From assembly GCA_965203295.1 (NCBI GenBank), contig CBDBCZ010000015.1:1152001-1216000 (forward strand): 64,000 nt of DNA, written 5' to 3'. The DNA is from Nitrospirales bacterium (lineage in GTDB: Bacteria; Nitrospirota; Nitrospiria; Nitrospirales; UBA8639). The notes beneath the pieces are model-generated. The model had not been told where the DNA came from. It did not search any database and saw only the letters and a program-made list of their open reading frames with translations. The position numbers and the translations under genes are program-made. Positions 1 through 11,400 of this stretch are shown piece by piece. The first letter of the stretch is position 1, and each line of letters starts with the position of its first letter.

Positions 1-3000
1 ATCTGACCCTTCCCAAATGTTTAGGAAAAGAACCTGTTATTCAAAGGCTTGTTTAGTTTGAATGATGTTAGTCAGATACAATACATGCTTAGGAAGTATC
101 GATGATCAAGAAAGGAACTGGTTATTCAAAGGCTTGTTTAGTTTGCTTGATGTTAGTCTGCAGATTAGGAAAGAAGTATTTTATAGAAAATCGTTAGTTT
201 TGTTGGTCTCTAGCAAAGCCTTTGAGCAAAAGTAACTAGCTACCATTGATCTGACCCTTCCCAACTGTTTAGGAAAAGAACTGGTTTTTCAAAGGCTTGT
301 TTAGTTTAAATGATGTTAGTCGGATTCAATACATGCTTAAGAAGTATCAATGTTCAAGAAAGGAACTGGTTATTCAAAGGCTTGTTTAATTTGGTTGATG
401 TTAGTCTGAAGATTAGGAAAGAAGGATTTTATGGAAAATTGTTAGTTTTGTTGGTCTCTAGCAATGACTTTAAGCCGAAGTAACTAGCTACCATTGATCT
501 GACCCTTCCCAACTGTTTAGAAAAAGAACTGGTTATTCAAAGGCTTGTTTAGTTTGGTTGATGTTAGTCTTAAGATTAGGAAAGAAGGATTTTATTGAAA
601 ATTGTTAGTTTTGTTGGTCTCTAGCAAAAACTTTAAGCCAAAGTAACTAGCTACCATTTATCTGACCCTTCCCAACTGTTTAGAAAAAGAACTGGTTATT
701 CAAAGGCCTGTTTAGTTTCGTTGATTTTAGCCTGAAGATTAAGAAAGAAGGATTTTATTTATAATTGTTAATTTTGTTGGTCTCTTGCAAAGACTTTAAG
801 CCAATGTAACTGGCTACCATTGATCTGATCCTTCCCAACTATTTAGAAAAAGAGCTGGTTATTTAAAGGCTTGTTTGGTTTGAATGATATTAGTCCGATA
901 CAATACATGCTTAGGAAGTATCAATGTTCAAGAAAGGAACTGGTTATTCAAAGGCTTGTTTAGTTTTCTTGATGTTAGTCTGAAGATTAGGAAAGAAGGA
1001 TTTTATTGAAAATTGTTAGTTTTTTTGGGTCTCAGGCAAATACTTTTAGCCAAAGTAACTGGCTACCATTGATCTGACCCTTCCCAACTATTTAGAAAAA
1101 GAACTTGTTATTCAAAGGCTTGCTTAGTTTGAATGATGTTAGTCAGATACAATACATGCTTAGGAAGTATCGATGTTCAAGAAAGGAATTGGTTATTCAA
1201 ATGCTTATTTAGTTTACTTGATGTAAGTCTGCAGATTATGAAAGAAGTATTTTATAGAAAATCGTTAGTTTTGTTGGTCTCTAGCAAAGACTTTGAGCCA
1301 AAGTAACTAGCTACCACTGATCTGACCCTTCCCAACTGTTTAGGAAAAGAACAGGTTATTCAAAGGCTTGATTAGTTTTAATGATGTTAGTCGGATACAA
1401 TACATGTTTAGGAAGTGTCGATGTTCAAGAAAGGAACTGGTTATTCAAAGGCTTGTTTAGTTTGAATGATATTAGTCAGATACAATACATGCTTAGGAAG
1501 TATCAATATTCAAGAAAGGAACTGGTTATTCAAAGGCTTGTTTAGTTTGGTTGATGTTAGTCTGAAGATTAGGAAAGAAGGATTTTATTGAAAATTGTTA
1601 GTTTTGTTGGTCTCAGGCAAAGACTTTCAGCAAAAGTAACTAGCTACCATTGATCTGACCCTTCCTAACTGTTTAGGAAAAGAACTGGTTATTCAAAGGC
1701 TGGTTTAGTTTGAATGATGTTAGTCTGAAGATTATGAAAGAAGGATTTTATTGAAAATTGTTAGTTTTGTTGGTCTCTAGCAAAGACTTTAAGCCAAAGT
1801 AACTAGCTACCATTTATCTGACCCTTCCCAACTGTTTAGAAAAGAACTGGTTATTCAAAGGCCTGTTTAGTTTTGTTTATGTTAGCCTGAAGATTAGGAA
1901 AGAAGGATTTTATTGAAAATTGTTAGTTTTGTTGGTCTCTTGCAATAACTTTAATTAAGCCAAAGTTACTAGCTACCATTGATCTGACCTTTCCGAACTC
2001 TTTAGAAAAAGAGCTGGTTATTCAAAGGCTTGTTTTGTTTTAATGATATTAGTCAGATACAATACATGCTTAGGAAGTATCAATGTTCAAGAAAGGAACT
2101 GGTTATTCAAAGGCTTGTTTAGTTTGGTTGATGTTAGTCTTAAGATTAGGAAAGAAGGATTTTATTTAAAATTTTTAATTTTGTTGGTCTCAGGCAAAGA
2201 CTTTCAGCCAAAGTAACTGACTACCATTGATCTGACCTTTCCCAACTGTTTAGGAAAACAACTGGTTATTCAAAGGCTTGTTTAGTTTGAATGATGTTAG
2301 TCAGATACAATACATGCTTAGGAAGTATCGATGTTCAAGAAAGGAACTGGTTATTCAAAGGCTTGTTTAGTTTGCTTGATGTTAGTCTGCAGATTAGGAA
2401 AGAAGTATTTTATAGAAAATCGTTAGTTTTGTTGGTCTCTAGCAAAGACTTTTAGCCAAAGTAACTAGCTACCATTGATCTGACCCTTCCCAACTGTTTA
2501 GGAAAAGAACCAGTTATTCAAAGGCTTGATTAGTTTTAATGATGTTAATCGGATACAATACATGTTTAGGAAGTGTCGATGTTCAAAAAAGGAACTGGTT
2601 ATTCAAAGGCTTGTTTAGTTTGGTTGATGTTAGTCTGAAGATTAGGAAAGAAGGATTTTATTGAAAATTGTTAGTTTTGTTGGTCTCAGGCAAAGACTTT
2701 CAGCAAAAGTAACTAGCTACCATTGATCTGACCCTTCCTAACTGTTTAGGAAAAGAACTGGTTATTCAAAGGCTTGTTTAGTTTGAATGATGTTAGTCTG
2801 AAGATAAGGAAAGAAGGATTTTATTGAAAATTGTTCGTTTTGTTGGTCTCTAGCAAAGACTTTAAGCCAATGTAACTAGCTACCATTTATCTGACCTTTC
2901 CCAACTGTTTAGAAAAAGAACTAGTTATTCAAAGGGCTGTTTAGTTTTGTTGATGTTAGCCTGAAGATTAGGAAAGAAGGATTTTATTGAAAATTGTTAG

Positions 3001-5794
3001 TTTTGTTGGTCTCTTGCAATGACTTTAATTAAGCCAAAGTTACTAGCTACCATTAATCTGACCTTTCCGAACTATTTAGAAAAAGTGCTGGTTATTCAAA
3101 GGCTTGTTTTGTTTGAATGATATTAGTCAGATACAATACATGCTTAGGAAGTATCAATGTTCAAGAAAGGAACTGGTTATTCAAAAGCTTGTTTAGTTTG
3201 GTTGATGTTAGTCTGAAGATTAGGAAAGAAGAATTTTATTGAAAATTGTTAGTTTTGTTGGTCTCTAGCAAAGACTTTAAGCCAAAGTAACTTGCTACCA
3301 TTTATCTGACCCTTCCCAACTGTTTAGAAAAAGAGCTGGTTATTCAAAGGCCTGTTTAGTTTTGTTGATGTTAGCCTGAAGATTAGGAAAGAAGGATTTT
3401 ATTGAAAATTGTTAGTTTTGTTGGTCTCAGGCAAAGACTTTCAGCCAATGTAACTGGCTACCATTGATCTGACCCTTTCCAACTGTTTTGGATAAGAACT
3501 GGTTATTCAAAGGCTTGTTTAGTTTGGTCAGATACAATACATGCTTAGGAAGTATCGATGTTCAAGAAAGAAACTGTTTATTCAAAGGCTTGTTTAGTTT
3601 GATTGATGTTAGTCTGAAGATTAGGATAGAAGGATTTTATTGAAAATCGTTAGTTTTGTTGGTCTCTAGCAAAGACTTTGAGCCAAAGTAACTAGCTATT
3701 ATTGATCTGACCCTTACCAGCTGTTTAGGAAAAGAACTGGTTATTCTAAGGCTTGATTAGTTTTAATGATGTTAGTCGGATACAATACATGTTTAGGAAG
3801 TATCGATGTTTAAAAAAGGAACTGGTTATTCTAAGGCTTGTTTAGTTTGAATGATGTTAGTCTGAAGATTAGGAAAGAAGGATTTTATTGAAAATTGTTA
3901 GTTTTGTTGGTCTCTAGCAAAGACTTTAAGCCAAAGTAACTAGCTACCATTTATCTGACCCTTCCTAACTGTTAAGAAAAAGAACTGGTTATTCAAAGGC
4001 CTGTTTAGTTTTGTTGATGTTAGCCTGAAGATTAGGAAAGAAGGATTTTATTGAAAATTTTTAGTTTGGTTGGTCTCTAGCAAAGACTTTAAGCCAAAGT
4101 TACTAGCTACCATTGATCTGACCCTTCCGAACTATTTAGAAAATGAGCTGGTTATTCAAAGGCTTGTTTTGTTTGAATGATATTAGTCAGATACAATACA
4201 TGCTTAGGAAGTATCAATATTCAAGAAAGGAACTGGTTATTCAAAGGCTTGTTTAGTTTGGTTGATGTTTGTCTGAAGATTAGGAGAGAAGGATTTTATT
4301 TAAAATTGTTAGTTTTGTTGGTCTCAGGCAAAGACTTTCCGCCATAGTAACTGACTACCATTGTTCTGACCCTTCCCAACTGTTTAGGAAAACAACTGGT
4401 TATTCAAAGGCTTGTTTAGTTTGAATGATGTTAGTCAGATACAATACATTCTTAGGAAGTATCGATGTTCAAGAAAGGAACTGGTTTTTCAAAGGCTTGT
4501 TTAGTTTGCTTGATGTTAGTCTGCAGATTAGGAAAGAAGTATTTTATAGAAAATCGTTAGTTTTGTTGGTCTCTAGCAAAGACTTTGAGCCAAAGTAACT
4601 AGCTACCATTGATCTGACCCTTCCCAACTGTTTAGGAAAAGAACCTGTTATTCAAAGGCTTGATTAGTTTTAATGATGTTAATCGGATACAATACATGTT
4701 TAGGAAGTGTCGATGTTCAAGAAAGGAACTGGTTATTCAAAGGCTTGTTTAGTTTGGTTGATGTTAGTCTTAAGATTAGGAAAGAAGGATTTTATTGAAA
4801 ATTGTTAGTTTTGTTGGTCTCAGGCAAAGACTTTCAGCAAAAGTAACTAGCTACCATTGATCTGACCCTTCTTAACTGTTTAGGAAAAGAACTGGTTATT
4901 CAAAGGCTTATTTAGTTTGAATGATGTTAGTCTGAAGATTAGGAAAGAAGGATTTTATTGAAAATTGTTAGTTTTGTTGGTCTCAGGCAGAGACTTTTAG
5001 CCAAAGTAACTGGCTACCATTGATCTGACCCTTCCCAACTGTTTAGGAAAAGAACCTGTTATTCAAAGGCTTGATTAGTTTTAATGATGTTAATCGGATA
5101 CAATACATGTTTAGGAAGTGTCGATGTTCAAGCAAGGAACTGGTTATTCAAAGGCTTGTTTAGTTTGGTTGATGTTAGTCTTAAGATTAGGAAAGAAGGA
5201 TTTTATTGAAAATTGTTAGTTTTGTTGGTCTCAGGCAAAGACTTTCAGCAAAAGTAACTAGCTACCATTGATCTGACCCTTCCTAACTGTTTAGGAAAAG
5301 AACTGGTTATTCAAAGGCTTATTTAGTTTGAATGATGTTAGTCTGAAGATTAGGAAAGAAGGATTTTATATAAAATTGTTAGTTTTGTTGGTCTCAGGCA
5401 GAGACTTTTAGCCAAAGTAACTGGCTACCATTGATCTGACCCTTCCCTGCTGTTTAGGAAAAGAACTGGTTATTCAAAGGCTTGATTAGTTTAAATGATG
5501 TTTGTCGGATACAATACATGTTTAGGAAGTGGCGATGTTCAAGAAAGGAACTGGTTATTCAAAGGCTTGTTTAGTTTGGTTGATGTTAGTCTGAAGATTA
5601 GGAAAGAAGGATTTTATTGAAAATTGTTAGTTTTGTTGGTCTCAGGCAAAGACTTTCAGCAAAAGTAACTAGCTACCATTGATCTGACCCTTCCTAACTG
5701 TTTAGGAAAAGAACTGGTTATTCAAAGGCTTGTTTAGTTTGAATGATGTTAGTCTGAAGATTAGGAAAGAAGGATTTTATCGAAAATTGTTAGT
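1..5794 (+). repeat. Satellite DNA array, block 1 (modules A = 163 bp and B = 85 bp; AB = 248 bp)
   Basis: ATCTGACCC recurs at 1 and 249 (248 bp), TCTGAAG at 1561 and 1724 (163 bp), and TCRGATACAA at 1391 and 1476 (85 bp). Both modules end in the shared 44-bp core GAACTGGTTATTCAAAGGCTTGTTTAGTTTGRWTGATGTTAGTC. Confidence 0.98.
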
Positions 5795-6506
5795 ATAGGT
5801 TAGAAACCGGATGCGAGTCACTACGAGGTTTTAGAAACCGAGGGGGAGGGGCGTGAATGTTGCAATAGTGACCGAGGCGAAGCCGAGGTTACTATTGCAA
5901 CATTCTCGCCCCGACCACGAGGTTTCAAAACCGAGTAGTGACTCGCATCGGTCTCTAACCGGCTTAGAGCATGAGTGTAGAGAATGGAGACAGTCTGTCT
6001 ATCCTTGCTAGTTCGTGGGATCCACCGCGAGGTTGTTTTTGCCCGTCTGAGTTTGATCTTGCCATGACAAGCCTCCAGAACTGCCCCAAGGCGTCACAGT
6101 TGTGATTTCTCGCCGTTTGTACAGCTACCTCAAGTTGTCCTAACTACAGCGATATTGTTTTCGCGCCTCTGTCACTGGCAGACATCCAGCTAGTACTATG
6201 ATGGCCAAGTAAGCAGCAACAACCGCAGCACTTACCCACTCCATTAGCTTTCTACCCGCTGTGTAAACGGCTTTGTATATGAATGCTAAGCTTATTTCTG
6301 TTAGCTTTATGCTACATGTAGTACAATTCAGCATTTGTGCACGGCAGATGTTCATGATTCATATAAGGCTTCCCAGGTCTCTAACTGGAGACCGCAGGTC
6401 ACTAACTGGAGACATAGTGACCTGCCACTTAGTGACCTGCTGACTACGCTACTACGTGGTTTAGGCGACTCATTACATCAAAAGGAATTATTCATATCAT
6501 GCTCTA
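5795..6506. mobile_element. Unclassified non-autonomous element (~712 bp) with a long terminal palindrome, inserted in satellite module A
   Basis: The satellite breaks at TTGTTAGT (5794) and resumes as AGTTTTGTTGG (6507), so AGT is present on both sides. There is a palindrome at 5798-5960 and a 12-bp inverted repeat CTTAGAGCATGA (5963-5974) / TCATGCTCTAAG (6497-6508). No credible ORF. Confidence 0.85.
5798..5960 (+). repeat. 163-bp imperfect palindrome with GCGAAGC apex
   Basis: The arm GGTTAGAAACCGGATGCGAGTCACTAC...TGAATGTTGCAATAGTGACC pairs with GGTTACTATTGCAACATTC...GTAGTGACTCGCATCGGTCTCTAACC. The apex GCGAAGC is at 5877-5883. Confidence 0.95.
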
Positions 6507-7477
6507 AGTTTTGTTGGTCTATAGGAAAGACTAAGCCAAAGTAACTAGCTACCATTTATCTGACCCTTCCCAACTGTTTAGAAAAAGAACTGGTTATTCA
6601 AAGGCCTGTTTAGTTTTGTTGATGTTAGCCTGAAGATTAGGAAAGAAGGATTTTATTGAAAATTGTTAGTTTTGTTGGTCTCTTGAAATGACTTTAATTA
6701 AGCCAAAGTTACTAGCTACCATTGATCTGACCTTTCCGAACTATTTAGAAAAAGTGCTGGTTTTTCAAAGGCTTGTTTTGTTTGAATGATATTAGTCAGA
6801 TACAATACATGCTTAGGAAGTATCAATGTTCAAGAAAGGAACTGGTTATTCAAAGGCTTGTTTAGTTTGCTTGATGTTAGTCTGAAGATTAGGAAAGGAG
6901 GATTTTATTGAAAATTGTTAGTTTTGTTGGTCTCTAGCAAAGACTTTAAGCCAAAGTAACTTGCTACCATTTATCTGACCCTTCCCAACTGTTTAGAAAA
7001 AGAGCTGGTTATTCAAAGGCTTGTTTAGTTTGAATGATATTAGTCAGATACAATACATGCTTAGGAAGTATCAATATTCAAGAAAGGAACTGGTTATTCA
7101 AAGGCTTGTTTAGTTTGGTTGATGTTAGTCTGAAGATTAGGAAAGAAGGATTTTATTGAAAATTGTTAGTTTTGTTGGTCTCAGGCAAAGACTTTCAGCC
7201 AAAGTAACTTGCTACCATTTATCTGACCCTTCCCAACTGTTTAGAAAAAGAGCTGGTTATTCAAAGGCTTGCTTTGTTTGAATGATGTTAGTCTGAAGAT
7301 TACGAAAGAAAGATTTTATTGAAAATTGTTAGTTTTGTTGGTCTCTAGCAAAGACTTTAAGCCAAAGTAACTAGCTACCATTTATCTGACCTTTCCCAAC
7401 TGTTTAGAAAAAGAACTAGTTATTCAAAGGGCTGTTTAGTTTTGTTGATGTTTGCCTGAAGATTAGGAAAGATGGAT
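6507..7477 (+). repeat. Satellite DNA array, block 2
   Basis: Same A/B modules and same orientation as block 1. Confidence 0.98.
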
Positions 7478-8450
7478 CATATCAAGAAGTATGTGTCATA
7501 AATGTTCAATGTGTGAAGTGGTTGTTTTCGCACTTTTCTTTGAAGTCTGTTTGGCTTTCTGCTTTTTTGTAAATGCTTTGTATGTATGTATTATTAAAGA
7601 AAGTCAGCATCAGACTCCCGATGCGCATGCATTTGCCTACCGTGAGCAGTGAAGCAAAACAGAAGGCACACCATGATGGAAAGGACAGTAGTCGTGAGAA
7701 TTTAGAACTGCTTATGAGACGCTTGACAGGCAGGGCTTCCTTAGCGTCATTGATTCTTTAACAGCCACCGCTTCAAAACAAATCGGCCCAGCAACAGAAC
7801 ACTGAATTCACACAAACCGAATATTTTTGAAATCCTCTTACCTGAGGCTATTTTTTTTTTTTTTTAATTTTTTTATATAGATCAAAAGGGAAGCTCAATA
7901 GCACAATAAGCTTATATAAAGAGCAACCATAAACAAAAAACTGAATAGGGTAGCACAAAGTAAAAGGAATTAGGAATTAGAAAGCAACAGTAATAAATTA
8001 ACATGAGTAATAATTATACAAGAGATGTTTGAAGGTTAAAATAGAGGAGCAGTCCTTGATGGAGTGAGGGAGAGAGTTCCAAAGAGAAGAGGAGCTGGGG
8101 ACAATTTCAATTTTACCTATAATTTTCGATTATATGCACAGAATTAGATTCAGAGCGGTTCGAAAATGACTGACCTTTGACCCCTCATTCACCACTGTAC
8201 TGAAGCGTTAGCTATAATCAAGTATAATCGGCCGGCCAGTAGATGGTAACAGTATCATGTTATTGATACTAAAGTAAAGCTAACTATCTGTAGAATATGA
8301 TTTCTACCTATAAAATTGTATTATATATAACATGAACAAGTTATTATAGATAAACAGAGTCTTGTCCCATGTCTGCTGTATATCTGTACTCCGGGGAGAA
8401 GGTGCTAACTGGTGTGATAAACAAAAATATGTTACATATTTCTTGATATG
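7478..8450. mobile_element. Non-autonomous TIR DNA element (MITE-like), 973 bp including a nested LINE fragment
   Basis: The left end CATATCAAGAAGTATGTGTCATA matches the reverse complement of the right end, CATATCAAGAAATATGTAACATA, at 20/23 positions. Removing the element restores satellite GGAT|TTTATTGAAA. Confidence 0.9.
7851..8104 (-). mobile_element. 5'-truncated non-LTR retrotransposon 3' end (CR1/L2-like ORF2 C-terminus, 3'UTR and poly-A tail)
   Basis: The minus strand reads VPSSSSLWNSLPHSIKDCSSILTFKHLLYNYYSC* (stop at 7998-8000). The WNxLP...S...FK pattern is typical of CR1/L2-group ORF2 ends. It is followed by ~125 nt of UTR and an A-tail (T-run 7851-7874 on +). Confidence 0.8.
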
Positions 8451-11400
8451 TTTATTGAAAATTGTTAGTTTTGTTGGTCTCTAGCAAAGACTTTAAGCCA
8501 AGGGAACTAGCTACCATTTATCTGACCCTTCCCAACTGTTTAGAAAAAGAACTGGTTATTCAAAGGCCTGTTTAGTTTTGTTGATGTTAGCCTGAAGATT
8601 AGGAAAGAAGGATTTTATTAAAAATTGTTAGTTTTGTTGGTCTCTTGCAATGACTTTAATTAAGCCAAAGTTACTAGCTACCATTGATCTGACCCTTCCG
8701 AACTATTTAGAAAAAGTGCTGGTTATTCAAAGGCTTGTTTTGTTTGAATGATATTAGTCAGATACAATACATGCTTATGAAGTATTAATGTTCAAGAAAG
8801 GAACTGGTTATTCAAAGGCTTGTTTAGTTTGAATGATGTTAGTCTGAAGATTAGGAAAGAAGGATTTTATTGAAAATTGTTATTTTTGTTGGTCTCAGGC
8901 AAAGACTTTAAGCCAAAGTAACTTGCTACCATTTATCTGACCCTTCCCAACTGTTTAGAAAAAGAGCTGGTTATTCAAAGGCTTGTTTTGTTTGAATGAT
9001 ATTAGTCAGATACAATACATGCTTAGGAAGTATCGATGTTCAAGAAAGGAACTGGTTATTCAAAGGCTTGTTTAGTTTGCTTGATGTTAGTCTGCAGATT
9101 AGGAAAGAAATATTTTATAGAAAATCGTTAGTTTTGTTAGTCTCTAGCAAAGACTTTGAGCCAAAGTAACTAGCTACCATTGATCTGACCCTTCCCAACT
9201 GTTTAGGAAGAGAACCTGTTATTCAAAGGCTTGATTAGTTTTAATGATGTTAGTCGGATACAATACATGTTTAGGAAGTGTCGATGTTCATCAAAGGAAC
9301 TGGTTATTGAAAGGCTTGTTTAGTTTGGTTGATGTTAGTCTTAAGATTAGGAAAGAAGGATTTTATTGAAAATTGTTAGTTTTGTTGGTCTCAGGCAAAG
9401 ACTTTCAGCAAAAGTAACTAACTACCATTGATCTGACCCTTCCCAACTGTTTAGGAAAAGAACTGGTTATTCAAAGGCTTGTTTAGTTTGAATGATGTTA
9501 GTCTGAAGATTAGGAAAGAAGGATTTTATTGAAAATTGTTAGTTTTGTTGGTCTCTAGCAAAGACTTTCAGCCAAAGTAACTGGCTACCATTGATCTGAC
9601 CCTTCCCAACTGTTTAGGAAAAGAACTGGTTATTCAAAGGCTTGATTAGTTTTAATGATGTTAGTCGGATACAATACATGTTAAGGAAGTGTCGATGTTC
9701 AAGAAAGGAACTGGTTATTCAAAGGCTTGTTTAGTTTGGTTGATGTTAGTCTGAAGATTAGGAAAGAAGGATTTTATTGAAAATTGTTAGTTTTGTTGGT
9801 CTCAGGCAAAGACTTTCAGCAAAAGTAACTAGCTACCATTGATCTGACCCTTCCCAACTGTTTAGGAAAAGAACTGGTTATTCAAAGGCTTGTTTAGTTT
9901 GAATAATGTTAGTCTGAAGATTAGGAAAGAAGGATTTTATTGAAAATTGTTATTTTTGTTAGTCTCAGGCAAAGACTTTAAGCCAAAGTAACTTGCTACC
10001 ATTTATCTGACCCTTCCCAACTTTTTAGAAAAAGAGCTGGTTATTCAAAGGCTTGTTTTGTTTGAATGATATTAGTCAGATACAATACATGCTTAGGAAG
10101 TATCGATGTTCAAGAAAGGAACTGGTTATTCAAAGGCTTGTTTAGTTTGCTTGATGTTAGTCTGCAGATTAGGAAAGAAGTATTTCATAGAAAATCGTTA
10201 GTTTTGTTGGTCTCTAGCAAAGACTTTGAGCCAAAGTAACTAGCTACCATTGATCTGACCCTTCCCAACTGTTTAGGAAGAGAACCTGTTATTCAATGGC
10301 TTGATTAGTTTTAATGATGTTAGTCGGATACAATACATGTTTAGGAAGTGTCGATGTTCATCAAAGGAACTGGTTATTGAAAGGCTTGTTTAGTTTGGTT
10401 GATGTTAGTCTTAAGATTAGGAAAGAAGGATTTTATTGAAAATTGTTAGTTTTGTTGGTCTCAGGCAAAGACTTTCAGCAAAAGTAACTAGCTACCATTG
10501 ATCTGACCCTTCCTAACTGTTTAGGAAACGAGCTGGTTATTGAAAGGCTTGTTTAGTTTGAATGATGTTAGTCTGAAGATTAGGAAAGAAGGATTTTATT
10601 GAAAATTGTTAGTTTTGTTGGTCTCTAGCAAAGACTTTAAGCCAAAGTAACTAGCTACCATTTATCTGACCCTTCCCAACTGTTTAGAAAAGGAACTGGT
10701 TATTTAAAGGCCTGTTTAGTTTTGTTGATGTTAGCCTGAAGATTAGGAAAGAAGGATTTTATTGAAAATTGTTAGTTTTGTTGGTCTCAGGCAAAGACTT
10801 TCAGCAAAAGTAACTAGCTACTATTGATCTGACCCTTCCTAACTGTTTAGGAAAAGAACTGGTTATTCAAAGGCTTGTTTAGTTTGAATGATGTTAGTCT
10901 GAAGATTAGGAAAGAAGGATTTTATTGAAAATTGTTAGTTTTGTTGGTCTCTAGCAAAGACTTTATGCCAAAGTAACTAGCTACCATTTATCTGACCCTT
11001 CCCAACTGTTTAGAAAAGAACTGGTTATTCAAAGGCCTGTTTAGTTTTGTTGATGTTAGCCTGAAGATTAGGAAAGAAGGATTTTATTGAAAATTGTTAG
11101 TTTTGTTGGTCTCTTGCAATAACTTTAATTAAGCCAAAGTTACTAGCTACAATTGATCTGACCTTTCCGAACTCTTTAGAAAAAGTGCTGGTTATTCAAA
11201 GGCTTGTTTTTTTTGAATGATATTAGTCAGATACAATACATGCTTAGGAAGTATCAATGTTCAAGAAAGGAACTGGTTATTCAAAGGTTATTTAGTTTGG
11301 TTGATGTTAGTCTGAAGATTAGAAAAGAAGGATTTTGTTTAAAATTGTTAGTTTTGTTGGTCTCAGGCAAAGACTTTCAGCCAAAGTAACTGATACCATT

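Noticed and set aside
5798..5960. Palindrome length (163 bp) equals the module A length
   Set aside because: There is no sequence relationship beyond a short word; treated as coincidence.
6140..7761. ORFs inside the two small inserts (6140-6355, 6335-6544, 7573-7761)
   Set aside because: They are short, carry no recognisable transposase or recombinase motifs, and one runs into the satellite.
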